The notes beneath the pieces were generated by a model. It saw only the letters and a list, made by a program, of their open reading frames with translations. It did no database searches and was not told the origin of the DNA. Shown here piece by piece: positions 1 to 9,203 of a stretch of 64,000 nucleotides of DNA. Source of the DNA: an uncultured Bacilli bacterium (GTDB lineage: Bacteria; Bacillota_I; Bacilli_A; RF39; UBA660); NCBI GenBank assembly GCA_944332675.1, contig CALVKJ010000001.1, positions 5,235 to 69,234 of the forward strand, in the 5' to 3' direction. Each line of letters begins with the position of its first letter. The stretch's first letter is position 1. Both the position numbers and the translations under genes were made by a program.

Positions 1-14
1 GGAATTGATTAATA

Positions 15-137
15 TTAATTACAGCTTTCGTTACGAGCGCTACTGCGTGCTTTTGAGTTATTTTTAGCACTGTTTGAGCTAGATGCTTTTGAATTATTTC
101 TAGCATTATTTCTAGCTTGATTTTTAGCTTTACTCAT
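15..137 (-). CDS. small (40 aa) highly basic, low-complexity S/N/A/K/R-rich protein; function unknown
   Basis: Minus-strand ATG at 137 preceded by strong SD GGGAGG (rc of cctccc at 149-154) with 9-nt spacing; ORF MSKAKNQARNNARNNSKASSSNSAKNNSKARSSARNESCN ends at TAA (15-17). Below the length cutoff of the ORF track. Confidence 0.35.
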   Translation of the reverse strand: MSKAKNQARNNARNNSKASSSNSAKNNSKARSSARNESCN

Positions 138-226
138 TATCTTGTTACCTCCCAATATTATTATGATACAAAAATAATAAATTAATCATATAATTAGTTG
201 GAAATATTTAGTTAAGGAGAGAGAAA

Positions 227-841
227 ATGGTAGTTATTGGTATTAGTATGCGACTTGTTGATAATTCGTATAAAGTAAGTGCTCATTTGATAGAAAAAAT
301 AAAAGTAAATGGCGGTGTTCCTTTACTTATTTTACCGGGATTGGAAAGTGAAGTAATGCCTCTTATAAAACGTTGTCAAGGATTTGTTATTCCAGGTGGT
401 GTTACTTGGCATGATACTGATGAGGTAATTATTAGATATGCAATTAAACATGATTTGCCTCTTTTAGGTATTTGTGCGGGCATGCAAGCGATAGCCAATA
501 TTCATAATTTTGATAAGGATATTCCAAGTGATCAAACAATTTTAATTGGTAGTGATGCACATCAAAGTTCAAATGAATATGTGCATAATATACGAGTAGT
601 TAGTCCGTTTTTGGAAACTATTTTAAAAGATAAAATTATTAGAGTTAATAGTAGACATAAATTTACAGTTACTAAAGAAGATTATTTTTGCATTGATGCT
701 TATAGTGATGATGGCTTAATTGAAGCGATTCACTTGCCAAATAAGAGCTTTATATTAGGAGTACAATGGCATCCTGAAGATTTGGATGATGAATTTTCTG
801 AAAGGCTTTTTACAGAGTTTATAAAAAAATGTAATGGCTAG
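227..841 (+). CDS. class I glutamine amidotransferase-like / peptidase C26 family (gamma-glutamyl-GABA hydrolase-like)
   Basis: GICAGMQ nucleophile-cysteine motif and VQWHPE catalytic His-Glu motif typical of class I GATase/C26; SD AAGGAGAG upstream of ATG. Confidence 0.75.
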   Translation: MVVIGISMRLVDNSYKVSAHLIEKIKVNGGVPLLILPGLESEVMPLIKRCQGFVIPGGVTWHDTDEVIIRYAIKHDLPLLGICAGMQAIANIHNFDKDIPSDQTILIGSDAHQSSNEYVHNIRVVSPFLETILKDKIIRVNSRHKFTVTKEDYFCIDAYSDDGLIEAIHLPNKSFILGVQWHPEDLDDEFSERLFTEFIKKCNG

Positions 842-917
842 TATCCCAATTTTTTTAAAAATTTGACAATACAATTAAAATACTATATAATATATCGCAT
901 AAAAAAGGGGGGATATT

Positions 918-1640
918 ATGGAAAATTTAAAGACTAAGCAAGATGTAATGTTAGACAAAATTAATGAAACTAAAACTTTATTAAGAAAATCTTTATTTTA
1001 TTCTGTTAAAAAGAAAATTTCAAGTAATAAAGATATTCAGGAAATTAAAATTCAAATTATGATTGAAAGAATTGCTAATATACTTTCTAATGTTTATTAT
1101 GAGGCAATATTAGATGTTAAGAAAGCTGATTTTAAGGGCGAAGCTTTAGATGACTTTATGGTACAAATGAATTTTTTGCTTAAAGTGTTATTAGTTAATG
1201 CTTTAACTACTAAGGATGGAGTAAGTATGTGGGAACAAGTATTAGCCCATTATGAGGAAGAACCGGATGAATTAACTAAGGTGGCAGGAATGACTTTACT
1301 TGCGCTTCCAGATGAACAAAAGAATGCGCTTTCTCAAGCAAATTTTTATATGGAAAATATTGAAAATGTTTGTGATAATGCGCAAGATATAATTAATGCT
1401 TATCATAAGAAGTTTATGGAAGAGGAAATTATGCCATTTGTTACAGCCACTTCAGGTACTTTAGAAAATGGAGTTCGGTCATTAGATTTATTACATAAAA
1501 TACCTAATTTTACATTTAGAATTGATGGCATTAAAACACTTTTGCTTGCTACTGAACTTATGTATAAAGTACATAAAGCTGAGTATGAACCTATGCTTAA
1601 AAGATATAAGCAAGCAGATGGCATGCCAGGAAGAAAGTAA
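918..1640 (+). CDS. hypothetical protein (240 aa)
   Basis: Long ORF with SD GGGGGG; no recognisable motifs. Confidence 0.55.
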   Translation: MENLKTKQDVMLDKINETKTLLRKSLFYSVKKKISSNKDIQEIKIQIMIERIANILSNVYYEAILDVKKADFKGEALDDFMVQMNFLLKVLLVNALTTKDGVSMWEQVLAHYEEEPDELTKVAGMTLLALPDEQKNALSQANFYMENIENVCDNAQDIINAYHKKFMEEEIMPFVTATSGTLENGVRSLDLLHKIPNFTFRIDGIKTLLLATELMYKVHKAEYEPMLKRYKQADGMPGRK

Positions 1641-1659
1641 TAAAATTTTTTGTAATTTA

Positions 1660-1688
1660 TTGCACATACCAAATTATAGTGATATAAT
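1660..1688 (+). promoter_or_regulatory. sigma-A type promoter upstream of pyrG (TTGCAC-17-TATAAT)
   Basis: -35 TTGCAC at 1660-1665, 17-nt spacer, -10 TATAAT at 1683-1688. Confidence 0.55.
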
Positions 1689-1694
1689 TTAAAA

Positions 1695-1727
1695 GAGCCT
1701 AGGAAGTTCTCCAAGGGCTTTTTTTAT
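1695..1727 (+). terminator. GC-rich hairpin plus T7 run in pyrG leader (terminator/attenuator candidate)
   Basis: Imperfect hairpin gagcctagg...ccaagggct followed by ttttttt (1721-1727), lying between the promoter and the pyrG RBS GGAGGG. Confidence 0.45.
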
Positions 1728-1745
1728 TTTTATGGAGGGTAGAGT

Positions 1746-3350
1746 ATGGCAAAGTATGTCTTTGTAACAGGGGGTGTTTGTTCAGGGCTTGGTAAAGGTA
1801 TTACGGCATCGAGTATTGCACTTTTACTAAAAGCTAAGGGTTATAAAGTATTTATGCAAAAGTTTGATCCGTATATGAATGTCGATCCAGGAACGATGTC
1901 GCCGATTCAACACGGGGAAGTGTTTGTTACAGCGGATGGCTGTGAAACGGATTTAGACTTAGGACACTATGAAAGATTCATCGATGAGGAGTTAAATTAC
2001 ACATCAAATATTACTAATGGTAAGATTTATTCAAGTGTTATTGAAAAAGAAAGAGTGGGGGACTTCTTAGGTTCAACAATTCAAATTGTACCTCATATTT
2101 CTAATGAGATTAAAAATAAAATTTATGAGGCTGGTACTAGTAGTGGAGCAGATATTGTTATTACTGAAATTGGAGGAACTGTCGGAGATATTGAATCGGC
2201 GGTTATGATGGAATCTTTAAGACAATTTCGTCTAGAGATGGGTATGGAAAACTCATTATTTGTTCATACAACTTTAGTACCATATTTGTATGGCTCTAAT
2301 GAATTAAAAACTAAACCTACTCAAAATAGTATTATTGAACTTAGAAGACTTGGTATTCAACCGGATATAATTGTTACAAGAGCACCACTCGATTTAGGAG
2401 ATGCAGTAAAAAAGAAAATCAGTTTATTTGGAAGCATTCCAGTAGAAAATATAATTGAAGCTAAGGATGTTGCAAATATATATCAAATACCAATTAATTT
2501 TCATAACCAACATATCGAAGATATTATATTAAAACAATTTGGTTTAAAAGTAACTAGAAGTGATTTAAGCGCTTGGGAAAACTTAATTAAAACAGTTGAA
2601 AATTTAGATAAAGAAATAGAAATAGCTTTGGTAGGAAAATATGTCGAATTAGAAGATGCATATCTATCTGTCAAAGAAGCATTAAAGGCCGCTGGATATA
2701 AATATAATACAAAAATAAAAATTAAATGGGTTAATAGCGAAGATTTAGAATGCAAGACTTGTAATTTAAAAGAAGTATTTAAAAATAGTAAAGGGATAAT
2801 TGTTCCGGGAGGATTTGGTTCCAGAGGAATTGAAGGAATGATTAAAGCGGCAGGGTATGCTCGTGAAAATAAGATTCCTTACTTAGGAATATGTTTAGGT
2901 ATGCAAATTGCTGTCATTGAATTTGCTCGTAATGTTTGTGGGCTAGTTGATGCCTCAAGTCGGGAGTTTGATGAATTATGTCCAAATCCTGTCATTGATT
3001 TAATGGCTGATCAAAAAGCAATCATCAATAAGGGAGGAACACTTAGGCTAGGAAATTATCGCTGTACTCTTACGAAAGGCACTCTTGCTTATAAAGATTA
3101 TAAAAGTGATGAAATATTAGAACGACATAGACATAGATATGAATTTAATAATAAATATAGAGAACTAATGGAAAGTAAGGGAATGGTTTTTTCAGGAATT
3201 AATCCAGAGTCTAATTTAGTAGAAATAATTGAGTTACCCGATCATCCACACTTTATTGCTTGTCAATTCCATCCGGAATTTAAAAGTAGACCAACTAAGG
3301 CCCATCCACTTTTTGATTCATTCGTTAAGGCAAGTATTGATAAAAAGTAA
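1746..3350 (+). CDS. pyrG: CTP synthase
   Basis: N-terminus MAKYVFVTGGVCSGLGKGITASS (synthetase domain), C-terminal class I GATase GICLGMQ and CQFHPEF motifs; 534 aa. Confidence 0.97.
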   Translation: MAKYVFVTGGVCSGLGKGITASSIALLLKAKGYKVFMQKFDPYMNVDPGTMSPIQHGEVFVTADGCETDLDLGHYERFIDEELNYTSNITNGKIYSSVIEKERVGDFLGSTIQIVPHISNEIKNKIYEAGTSSGADIVITEIGGTVGDIESAVMMESLRQFRLEMGMENSLFVHTTLVPYLYGSNELKTKPTQNSIIELRRLGIQPDIIVTRAPLDLGDAVKKKISLFGSIPVENIIEAKDVANIYQIPINFHNQHIEDIILKQFGLKVTRSDLSAWENLIKTVENLDKEIEIALVGKYVELEDAYLSVKEALKAAGYKYNTKIKIKWVNSEDLECKTCNLKEVFKNSKGIIVPGGFGSRGIEGMIKAAGYARENKIPYLGICLGMQIAVIEFARNVCGLVDASSREFDELCPNPVIDLMADQKAIINKGGTLRLGNYRCTLTKGTLAYKDYKSDEILERHRHRYEFNNKYRELMESKGMVFSGINPESNLVEIIELPDHPHFIACQFHPEFKSRPTKAHPLFDSFVKASIDKK

Positions 3351-3384
3351 TAATTTGAATACTAGATAAAAATTTTTAAAATAT

Positions 3385-3421
3385 AGAGATTATTTGAAAA
3401 AATTATAATCTCTTTTCTTTT
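3385..3421 (+). terminator. rho-independent terminator after pyrG
   Basis: 9-bp stem agagattat/ataatctct followed by tttcttttg. Confidence 0.6.
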
Positions 3422-3468
3422 GCTATGATTTGTGGTAATATTTATATATAAAATAGGGTGTATGATTA

Positions 3469-5991
3469 ATGATTGAAGTTAAAAATATTAGTAAAGTTTA
3501 TAAAGAAAAGAAAGGAAAAGAAACAATAGCTTTAAGAGATGTTTCTATTAAATTTCCTGATGTTGGTTTGTTTTTCATTAATGGTAAGAGTGGTTCTGGT
3601 AAATCTACTTTATTAAATATATTGGGTTTACTAGAAGATTCAACTAGTGGTGAAGTAGTTATAAATGGTAAGAATATCAATAAATTTAGAGAAATAGATA
3701 AAACTACTTATCGTAGTAAAGAAATTGGTTTTGTATTTCAAGAGTTTGACTTAATTGATGAATTAAATGTATATGAAAATGTTGAACTAGCTTTAGATTT
3801 AATTAGAGATAAAACTGCTAATATCGATGAATTATTAACTAGTTTAGGTATTAATGATTTAAAAGCAAGAAAGATAAATGAGTTATCCGGAGGAGAAAAA
3901 CAAAGAGTTGCTATAGCAAGAGCAATAGTAAAAAAGCCTAGCATAATTCTTGCAGATGAACCAACAGGTAATTTAGATAGTGAAAATAGTGAGGCGATAT
4001 TTAAAATATTAAAAAATCTTTCTTATAACCATTTGGTAATAGTTGTATCACACGATACAGAAGCATCAGTTAAATATGGTGATGGCATTATTAAATTAGT
4101 TGATGGGAGTATTACCGAAAACACTGTTAAGACATCAATATTTGATGATAATAAAAGCGTTAGTATTAATCCAAGACACATAAGTATTGCTAAATCACTA
4201 AAACTTGCTTTTGGATTTATCAAACGCAAAAAGTTTAGATTAGTATTAACATCATTAATTACTAGTGTTGCATTTGCTCTTTTAGCATTTTCTTTTAACC
4301 TAGTAGATATAGATATGAATAGAGTACACGTCGAGGCGATGGAACACGATAATAATTATAATATGGATATTTTAAGTAATAATAGAAATTTGGCTATATT
4401 ATCTTCTGGTGAGATTGATGAAATAACGAGTAAATATGATAATACACAAGCTATTGGTAGAATAAGTGCTGGTGATTTTGTTGCGAGTTTAGGATTGGCA
4501 GCTTTAGACATCGAATCGGAAAATAGAGATAATGCTTATTACTATACTTTATTTAATGAATCATCATCTACTAATGTTTTGACTAAAAATATCGATGAGT
4601 TAAATGATTTAAATATAATTGGTAGTATTCCAACAGGTCCAAACGAGATAATTATTTCTGAAATTCTAGCAGATTTTATATTAAATAATAGTTATTATGC
4701 TCCGGTATATAGTGAAGTTTATGGCTATGTAATGGCCGATAAAAAGAATATAGAAAGCATTGATGACTTAATAGGTCAAGATATATATATAAATTATTGT
4801 ACACAATTTAAAATAAGTGGAATTCTATTAGATGATAGTATAGATAAGTTTACTAGTTTGAAGACGGAAGATTACAATAAAATGCGAAGAGAGCCAACAC
4901 CACTTTATAACGAATTTAAAGCCTATGCCGAAGATAACTTTTCTACAATTATTGTAAACGAAAACTTTTTCGATGTAACTGAATTAAGAGAAAATAGAAA
5001 TTTAGAGATAGATTATTATAGTTTTGTTGTAAAATTCCAAGATAAAGAATTTTATAATATTTATAATATTTCTATAATTGATGAAATTATTAATGGTAAT
5101 ATTTACGATGGTAATTCTTTTGTAGAAAATATGACGTTAAACTCGGGAGAAATAGTTATTGGAATGAATACTTTAGAAAAATTTTATCCGGATATGGATC
5201 AAGGATTATATGATTTAGTTGATTCTTATCCAGTTGATTTCATAGTTACCGATGAATTTATTTATAATTATTATAAGGATTTCATAAATGAAAATAACGT
5301 AATTGGCAGTAATATAGAAGTATCTCTTACTAATCCTAGTAATAACGAAACAAAAACTTATCCATTAACTATAAAAGGAATACATTGGGAATATGACAAT
5401 GGTTATATAAATAAAGTGGATTTTGCAGAATATATGATAGATAATTATGTTGTATGGAAAGTAGAGATTAATGAAGATAATCCTGATAAAGTTAAAGAAA
5501 TATTAGATGATTTTTCTAATAATGAGTATTCTTATTCCCTTTATACTGACTATGACGATAAAATAAATGATATAACTGGTGTAGTAAATAGTATCAATAA
5601 GATAATTTGGTATATTGTAGCTTTCTTTTTAGTCTTTGCAGTAATACTTTTATCACTATTTATAAGTAGCAGTACTAAGCAAAATAAGAAGAAAATTGGA
5701 ATACTTCGAGCAATTGGTGCTAAGACAAGTGATGTTGTAAGAGTCTTTTTCTTAGAAAGTTTATTAATTGGCATAATTACACTAGTTTTAGCTACCATAC
5801 TTTCTATTGCTGGTATAATACTAATGAATACATTCTTAAGTAGTGAAATGGGTATATTTGTTAGGCTTATGTTATTTAATGGAAATACTGTAATTTATTT
5901 AATAGGAATTATTATTGTAGTTATATTTATTAGTTTAATAGTTCCAACGATTAGTTTAAGTCGCAAGAGGCCAATTGTTTTAATCAAATAA
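3469..5991 (+). CDS. ABC transporter, fused ATP-binding and FtsX-like permease (MacB-like)
   Basis: Walker A GKSGSGKST, ABC signature LSGGEKQR, Walker B ILADEPT in the N-terminal ~230 aa; C-terminal FtsX-type permease with 4 TM helices at the extreme C-terminus; 840 aa. Confidence 0.88.
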   Translation: MIEVKNISKVYKEKKGKETIALRDVSIKFPDVGLFFINGKSGSGKSTLLNILGLLEDSTSGEVVINGKNINKFREIDKTTYRSKEIGFVFQEFDLIDELNVYENVELALDLIRDKTANIDELLTSLGINDLKARKINELSGGEKQRVAIARAIVKKPSIILADEPTGNLDSENSEAIFKILKNLSYNHLVIVVSHDTEASVKYGDGIIKLVDGSITENTVKTSIFDDNKSVSINPRHISIAKSLKLAFGFIKRKKFRLVLTSLITSVAFALLAFSFNLVDIDMNRVHVEAMEHDNNYNMDILSNNRNLAILSSGEIDEITSKYDNTQAIGRISAGDFVASLGLAALDIESENRDNAYYYTLFNESSSTNVLTKNIDELNDLNIIGSIPTGPNEIIISEILADFILNNSYYAPVYSEVYGYVMADKKNIESIDDLIGQDIYINYCTQFKISGILLDDSIDKFTSLKTEDYNKMRREPTPLYNEFKAYAEDNFSTIIVNENFFDVTELRENRNLEIDYYSFVVKFQDKEFYNIYNISIIDEIINGNIYDGNSFVENMTLNSGEIVIGMNTLEKFYPDMDQGLYDLVDSYPVDFIVTDEFIYNYYKDFINENNVIGSNIEVSLTNPSNNETKTYPLTIKGIHWEYDNGYINKVDFAEYMIDNYVVWKVEINEDNPDKVKEILDDFSNNEYSYSLYTDYDDKINDITGVVNSINKIIWYIVAFFLVFAVILLSLFISSSTKQNKKKIGILRAIGAKTSDVVRVFFLESLLIGIITLVLATILSIAGIILMNTFLSSEMGIFVRLMLFNGNTVIYLIGIIIVVIFISLIVPTISLSRKRPIVLIK

Positions 5992-6051
5992 TTGGTTTTT
6001 CTTTAGTTATAAAATAAATTTTAAATAAATATACTAGAGTAGGGGATAAAA

Positions 6052-6807
6052 ATGAATAATGCACTAATACCACTCTTAGTATCAACCATTGCTGGTCTTT
6101 CTACTCTAATCGGGGCATTATTAATATTTTTTAAAATAGATGAAAGTAAATACAATAAATTTATAACATTTTGTCTAGCATTTTCAATTGCCATAATGAT
6201 CGGTATTAGTGTATTTGATCTTATACCTGAGTCATTTTTTCAATATTTTAGCGTTTATGGGATGTCTAAATCGATTATATTACTAGTTGTTGCTTTTTTG
6301 ATTAGTTATATCTTTATTACAATATTAAGTATGCTTATAAAAAGAGAAACTAAAAAAACTGATTTATATCGTTTAGGTATTCTTAATATGATTGTGTTAA
6401 TATTTCATAACTTGCCAGAAGGAATTGCGACATTTTTAAGTAGTTATCAGGATTTATCCTTAGGTATTAAATTAGCAATAGCTATAATGCTTCATAATAT
6501 ACCAGAAGGTATAAGTATTGCTGTGCCAATATATTATTCAACAGGAAATAAAAAATTAGCTTTTAGAAATGCTTTTATTTCAGGAATGGCTGAACCACTT
6601 GGAGCAATACTTGCTTTTATTTTCTTGAAAAATTATATATCTGAAATGATGATTAGTATAATTCTAATTATAGTTGCAGGATTAATGATTACATTATCAA
6701 TTCAAGAGTTATTGCCTGAATCTTTAAAATATAAAGAAAACAAAGCCTTATATTTGGGCCTTGCTAGTGGAATAGTACTAGTACTTTTAAATATTTTATT
6801 ACTTTAA
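6052..6807 (+). CDS. zupT: ZIP family zinc transporter
   Basis: Paired metal-binding motifs HNLPEGIA and HNIPEGISIAVP in TM helices, ~8 TM segments, 251 aa. Confidence 0.85.
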   Translation: MNNALIPLLVSTIAGLSTLIGALLIFFKIDESKYNKFITFCLAFSIAIMIGISVFDLIPESFFQYFSVYGMSKSIILLVVAFLISYIFITILSMLIKRETKKTDLYRLGILNMIVLIFHNLPEGIATFLSSYQDLSLGIKLAIAIMLHNIPEGISIAVPIYYSTGNKKLAFRNAFISGMAEPLGAILAFIFLKNYISEMMISIILIIVAGLMITLSIQELLPESLKYKENKALYLGLASGIVLVLLNILLL

Positions 6808-6823
6808 TATTTGGTGTTAAATA

Positions 6824-6852
6824 TTCACAATGTCAGTTGTTTGTGGTATACT
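6824..6852 (+). promoter_or_regulatory. sigma-A promoter with extended -10 (TTCACA-17-TGgTATACT)
   Basis: -35 ttcaca 6824-6829, 17-nt spacer, TG at 6844-6845, -10 tatact 6847-6852. Confidence 0.5.
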
Positions 6853-6858
6853 AGCCTT

Positions 6859-6974
6859 GTATTAACTGAAGGAAACTTCATATAATAATTAAGTAGATGT
6901 TCTCGCTTGTAGATGGTTGCGAGTAATAAATTATTCTACAGGTAAATTTAGAGTATCTTTTGATACTCTTTTTT
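6859..6974 (+). ncRNA. candidate small RNA (~115 nt) with its own promoter and intrinsic terminator
   Basis: Two internal hairpins (tgaag-GAAA-cttca at 6867-6880; ctcgc...gcgag at 6902-6923) and a terminator agagtatc-tttt-gatactct plus T5 (6950-6974); no ORF with an RBS. Confidence 0.35.
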
Positions 6975-7508
6975 GATAAGTAGTAGAGTAGAGAAGTATA
7001 AAAAGATAAGAAAAAGTAAAATATATAAGTATGGTAAATGTAATACAATTATCATTAAGAGGATTGCCAATAAAGAAAATGCAATTTTAATAAATTAATG
7101 GAATTGAAAAAAAGAGGGATTAATTTATTTTTTACAGATATTGATAAAATTCAATATATAATGAATAAGGAACGGATAAAATAACTTGTTGTTCAGTTTT
7201 CATTTTCAGAATTAAGTTAACATAATATATATTATTTATAAATGCTGAAAAGCTTATAATTCCTAGAAATTATCTCATTTTAATATTTTATTCTGTTTAC
7301 TTCTGATTATTGATCATATGTTTATTGATGTCTTTTGCGAATTAGCAAAAATAAACTGAATTTTAACTGAAAATAAATTTTTAATTAAAATTAAATTTAA
7401 ATTATTTTTAATTTAATGAATTTTTATATATAACCTTATTATAAATATAAATAAGGTTATAATACGCGCGTAATCTTTATATTTATATATTAATAAGGTA
7501 ATTATCCC

Positions 7509-8147
7509 CTATTCCTTGTTTTTAGGGAAGTAGGGGGCTTTATACTTAAAAGTGTAGTAGTAATATACAATAGAAAGTAACAATAAAGAGGCGGTAATTC
7601 CTCCGAGGATATCACTGAAGTAGTGAACACCAAGATAGATTCTGCTGAGCATTACTAATAGGGCAAATAAAAGTAGAATGCTTGTAAGTATTATTTTTTT
7701 TACTTTACTCCCCTTCTTCTCTTGCCATAAATAAAAGATAAAAAGAGCAACTATTACAGTTATAAGCATTGTGTGTCCGCTAGGAAAACTATAATTTGAT
7801 TCACTTACTAGCTGATTAATTGTAGGGCGATCTCTAGCAATAATTAATTTCAAACCTTGATTAAAGAGTACTGATAATAGTAAAATGAAGACAAACCCTA
7901 CTCCTCTACTCTTTTTTCTGGAAAATAGCAATATTAGCAAGCAAAATAGAATAATAAATATTTCTGAGCCAAAAAAGGAAAAAAATTTAAATATAGCAGT
8001 ATTTACAGGGTTAATTAATTTACTTATATGGTGATAGATAAAATCATCTATCGTAGCAAAATAATTGTTTTTTACTAATATTATTTCAAGTATCAATAAT
8101 AATGCTAATAAAACTATGAGGAATATATTAGTTCTTTTTTTCACCAT
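7509..8147 (-). CDS. PAP2 family phosphatase (undecaprenyl-diphosphate/phosphatidic acid phosphatase-like)
   Basis: All three PAP2 signature motifs present (ARDRPT, PSGHT, SRIYLGVHYFSD); polytopic membrane protein. Confidence 0.8.
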   Translation of the reverse strand: MVKKRTNIFLIVLLALLLILEIILVKNNYFATIDDFIYHHISKLINPVNTAIFKFFSFFGSEIFIILFCLLILLFSRKKSRGVGFVFILLLSVLFNQGLKLIIARDRPTINQLVSESNYSFPSGHTMLITVIVALFIFYLWQEKKGSKVKKIILTSILLLFALLVMLSRIYLGVHYFSDILGGITASLLLLSIVYYYYTFKYKAPYFPKNKE

Positions 8148-9186
8148 TAAAACCTACATTTCTAAATATTATATAAATTATGATGGTTAAAATTATATCA
8201 ATTAATACTTTACTTATTAATAAATTCATATCAAGTAAATTATAACTTATATAAATGAAGAAACCTGCAATAAAGTATTTTAGAATCTTTTTTAAAACAT
8301 ATACCAAGTTATTACTAATATTATTATGATAATAGATATTTTTATAATTCATTAAAATATTGGCAATAATATTTATTATTCCTGCTAGAGAATTAGCTAA
8401 TATTAAGGCTTTTAAATCATCATTTGAGTTAAGCAAGTAAAATATAGCTAAGAAAGCAATTAAACTTATCAAATAAGGAATAAATAGCTTAAAATAGTAA
8501 TTTACAAATTCTTTATAAATAATTAGGGAATCTTTAACTGGGTTAAAACGAGATTCTTTATTATTTTCAATATAAATTGTTTTAATAGGTACTTCAATTA
8601 TGGGAATGTTGTTTTCACAGCAAGCCATAAGACATTTTAATTCATAATTATAACGATCTCCGGAAACTTCTAAGAGTTTTTTGGCTAAATTAGGACTTAC
8701 TGCTCGTAATCCTGTTTGGGTATCACTTATACTGTAATTAAATAGCCATTTGAAAATATTACGGGTGATAATGTTGCCAAATTTACTTTTGAAAGGTACA
8801 TTAGCTAAAGAAAAGTCCCTAACTCCAATTATAAGACTATCGGGATGTTCCATAGCTTTTTGACAACAATTAATCATATCTTCAACATCGTGTTGGTTAT
8901 CACAATCGATTACAACATAAGCAGAAACATCAGGATAATTGTCAATTGCAAAGCTATACGCAGTTTTAATAGCTTTACCTTTACCCAAATTATATTCGTG
9001 CTTTAATACGTGATACTTTTTCTCTAGCTTCTTAAAGAATTTGTTATATTCTTCATCTGAACCATCATTAACAATTAATACGTTTTTAAAAGCTCCATCA
9101 AGTTTAGCAAGTAATGCCTCAAAAAGTTCTATCGGCGGATTATATGCCGGAATTATTATTAATATTTCACTATTCATTTTAATCAC
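8128..9186 (-). CDS. family 2 glycosyltransferase fused to a GtrA-like C-terminal membrane domain
   Basis: N-terminus IIIPAYNP and DCDNQHD (DXD) are GT2/DPM1-like; the C-terminal ~120 aa contain 4 TM helices resembling the GtrA flippase-like family; start overlaps the PAP2 gene. Confidence 0.78.
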   Translation of the reverse strand: MIKMNSEILIIIPAYNPPIELFEALLAKLDGAFKNVLIVNDGSDEEYNKFFKKLEKKYHVLKHEYNLGKGKAIKTAYSFAIDNYPDVSAYVVIDCDNQHDVEDMINCCQKAMEHPDSLIIGVRDFSLANVPFKSKFGNIITRNIFKWLFNYSISDTQTGLRAVSPNLAKKLLEVSGDRYNYELKCLMACCENNIPIIEVPIKTIYIENNKESRFNPVKDSLIIYKEFVNYYFKLFIPYLISLIAFLAIFYLLNSNDDLKALILANSLAGIINIIANILMNYKNIYYHNNISNNLVYVLKKILKYFIAGFFIYISYNLLDMNLLISKVLIDIILTIIIYIIFRNVGFNGEKKN

Positions 9187-9203
9187 TACCCTATTCTATT
9201 TTA

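Noticed and set aside
1403-1714. Antisense ORFs overlapping annotated genes (1403-1714, 2501-2755, 3498-4229 set, 5550-5798, 9041-9274, 9678-9932, 11304-11522, 21047-21295, 22077-22751, 25127-26014, 27845-28048, 29054-29323, 29726-30022, 31564-32166, 35111-35401, 36381-36614, 39391-39597, 42132-42335, 43252-44267, 49171-49356, 50224-50786, 58897-60066, 61737-62090, 63100-63321)
   Set aside because: Each lies inside a longer, motif-supported gene on the opposite strand, is typical of AT-rich antisense frames, and lacks an SD.
7099-7185. 28-codon ORF (MELKKRGINLFFTDIDKIQYIMNKERIK) in the long intergenic region
   Set aside because: No Shine-Dalgarno sequence, and a frame of that length is expected by chance in AT-rich sequence.
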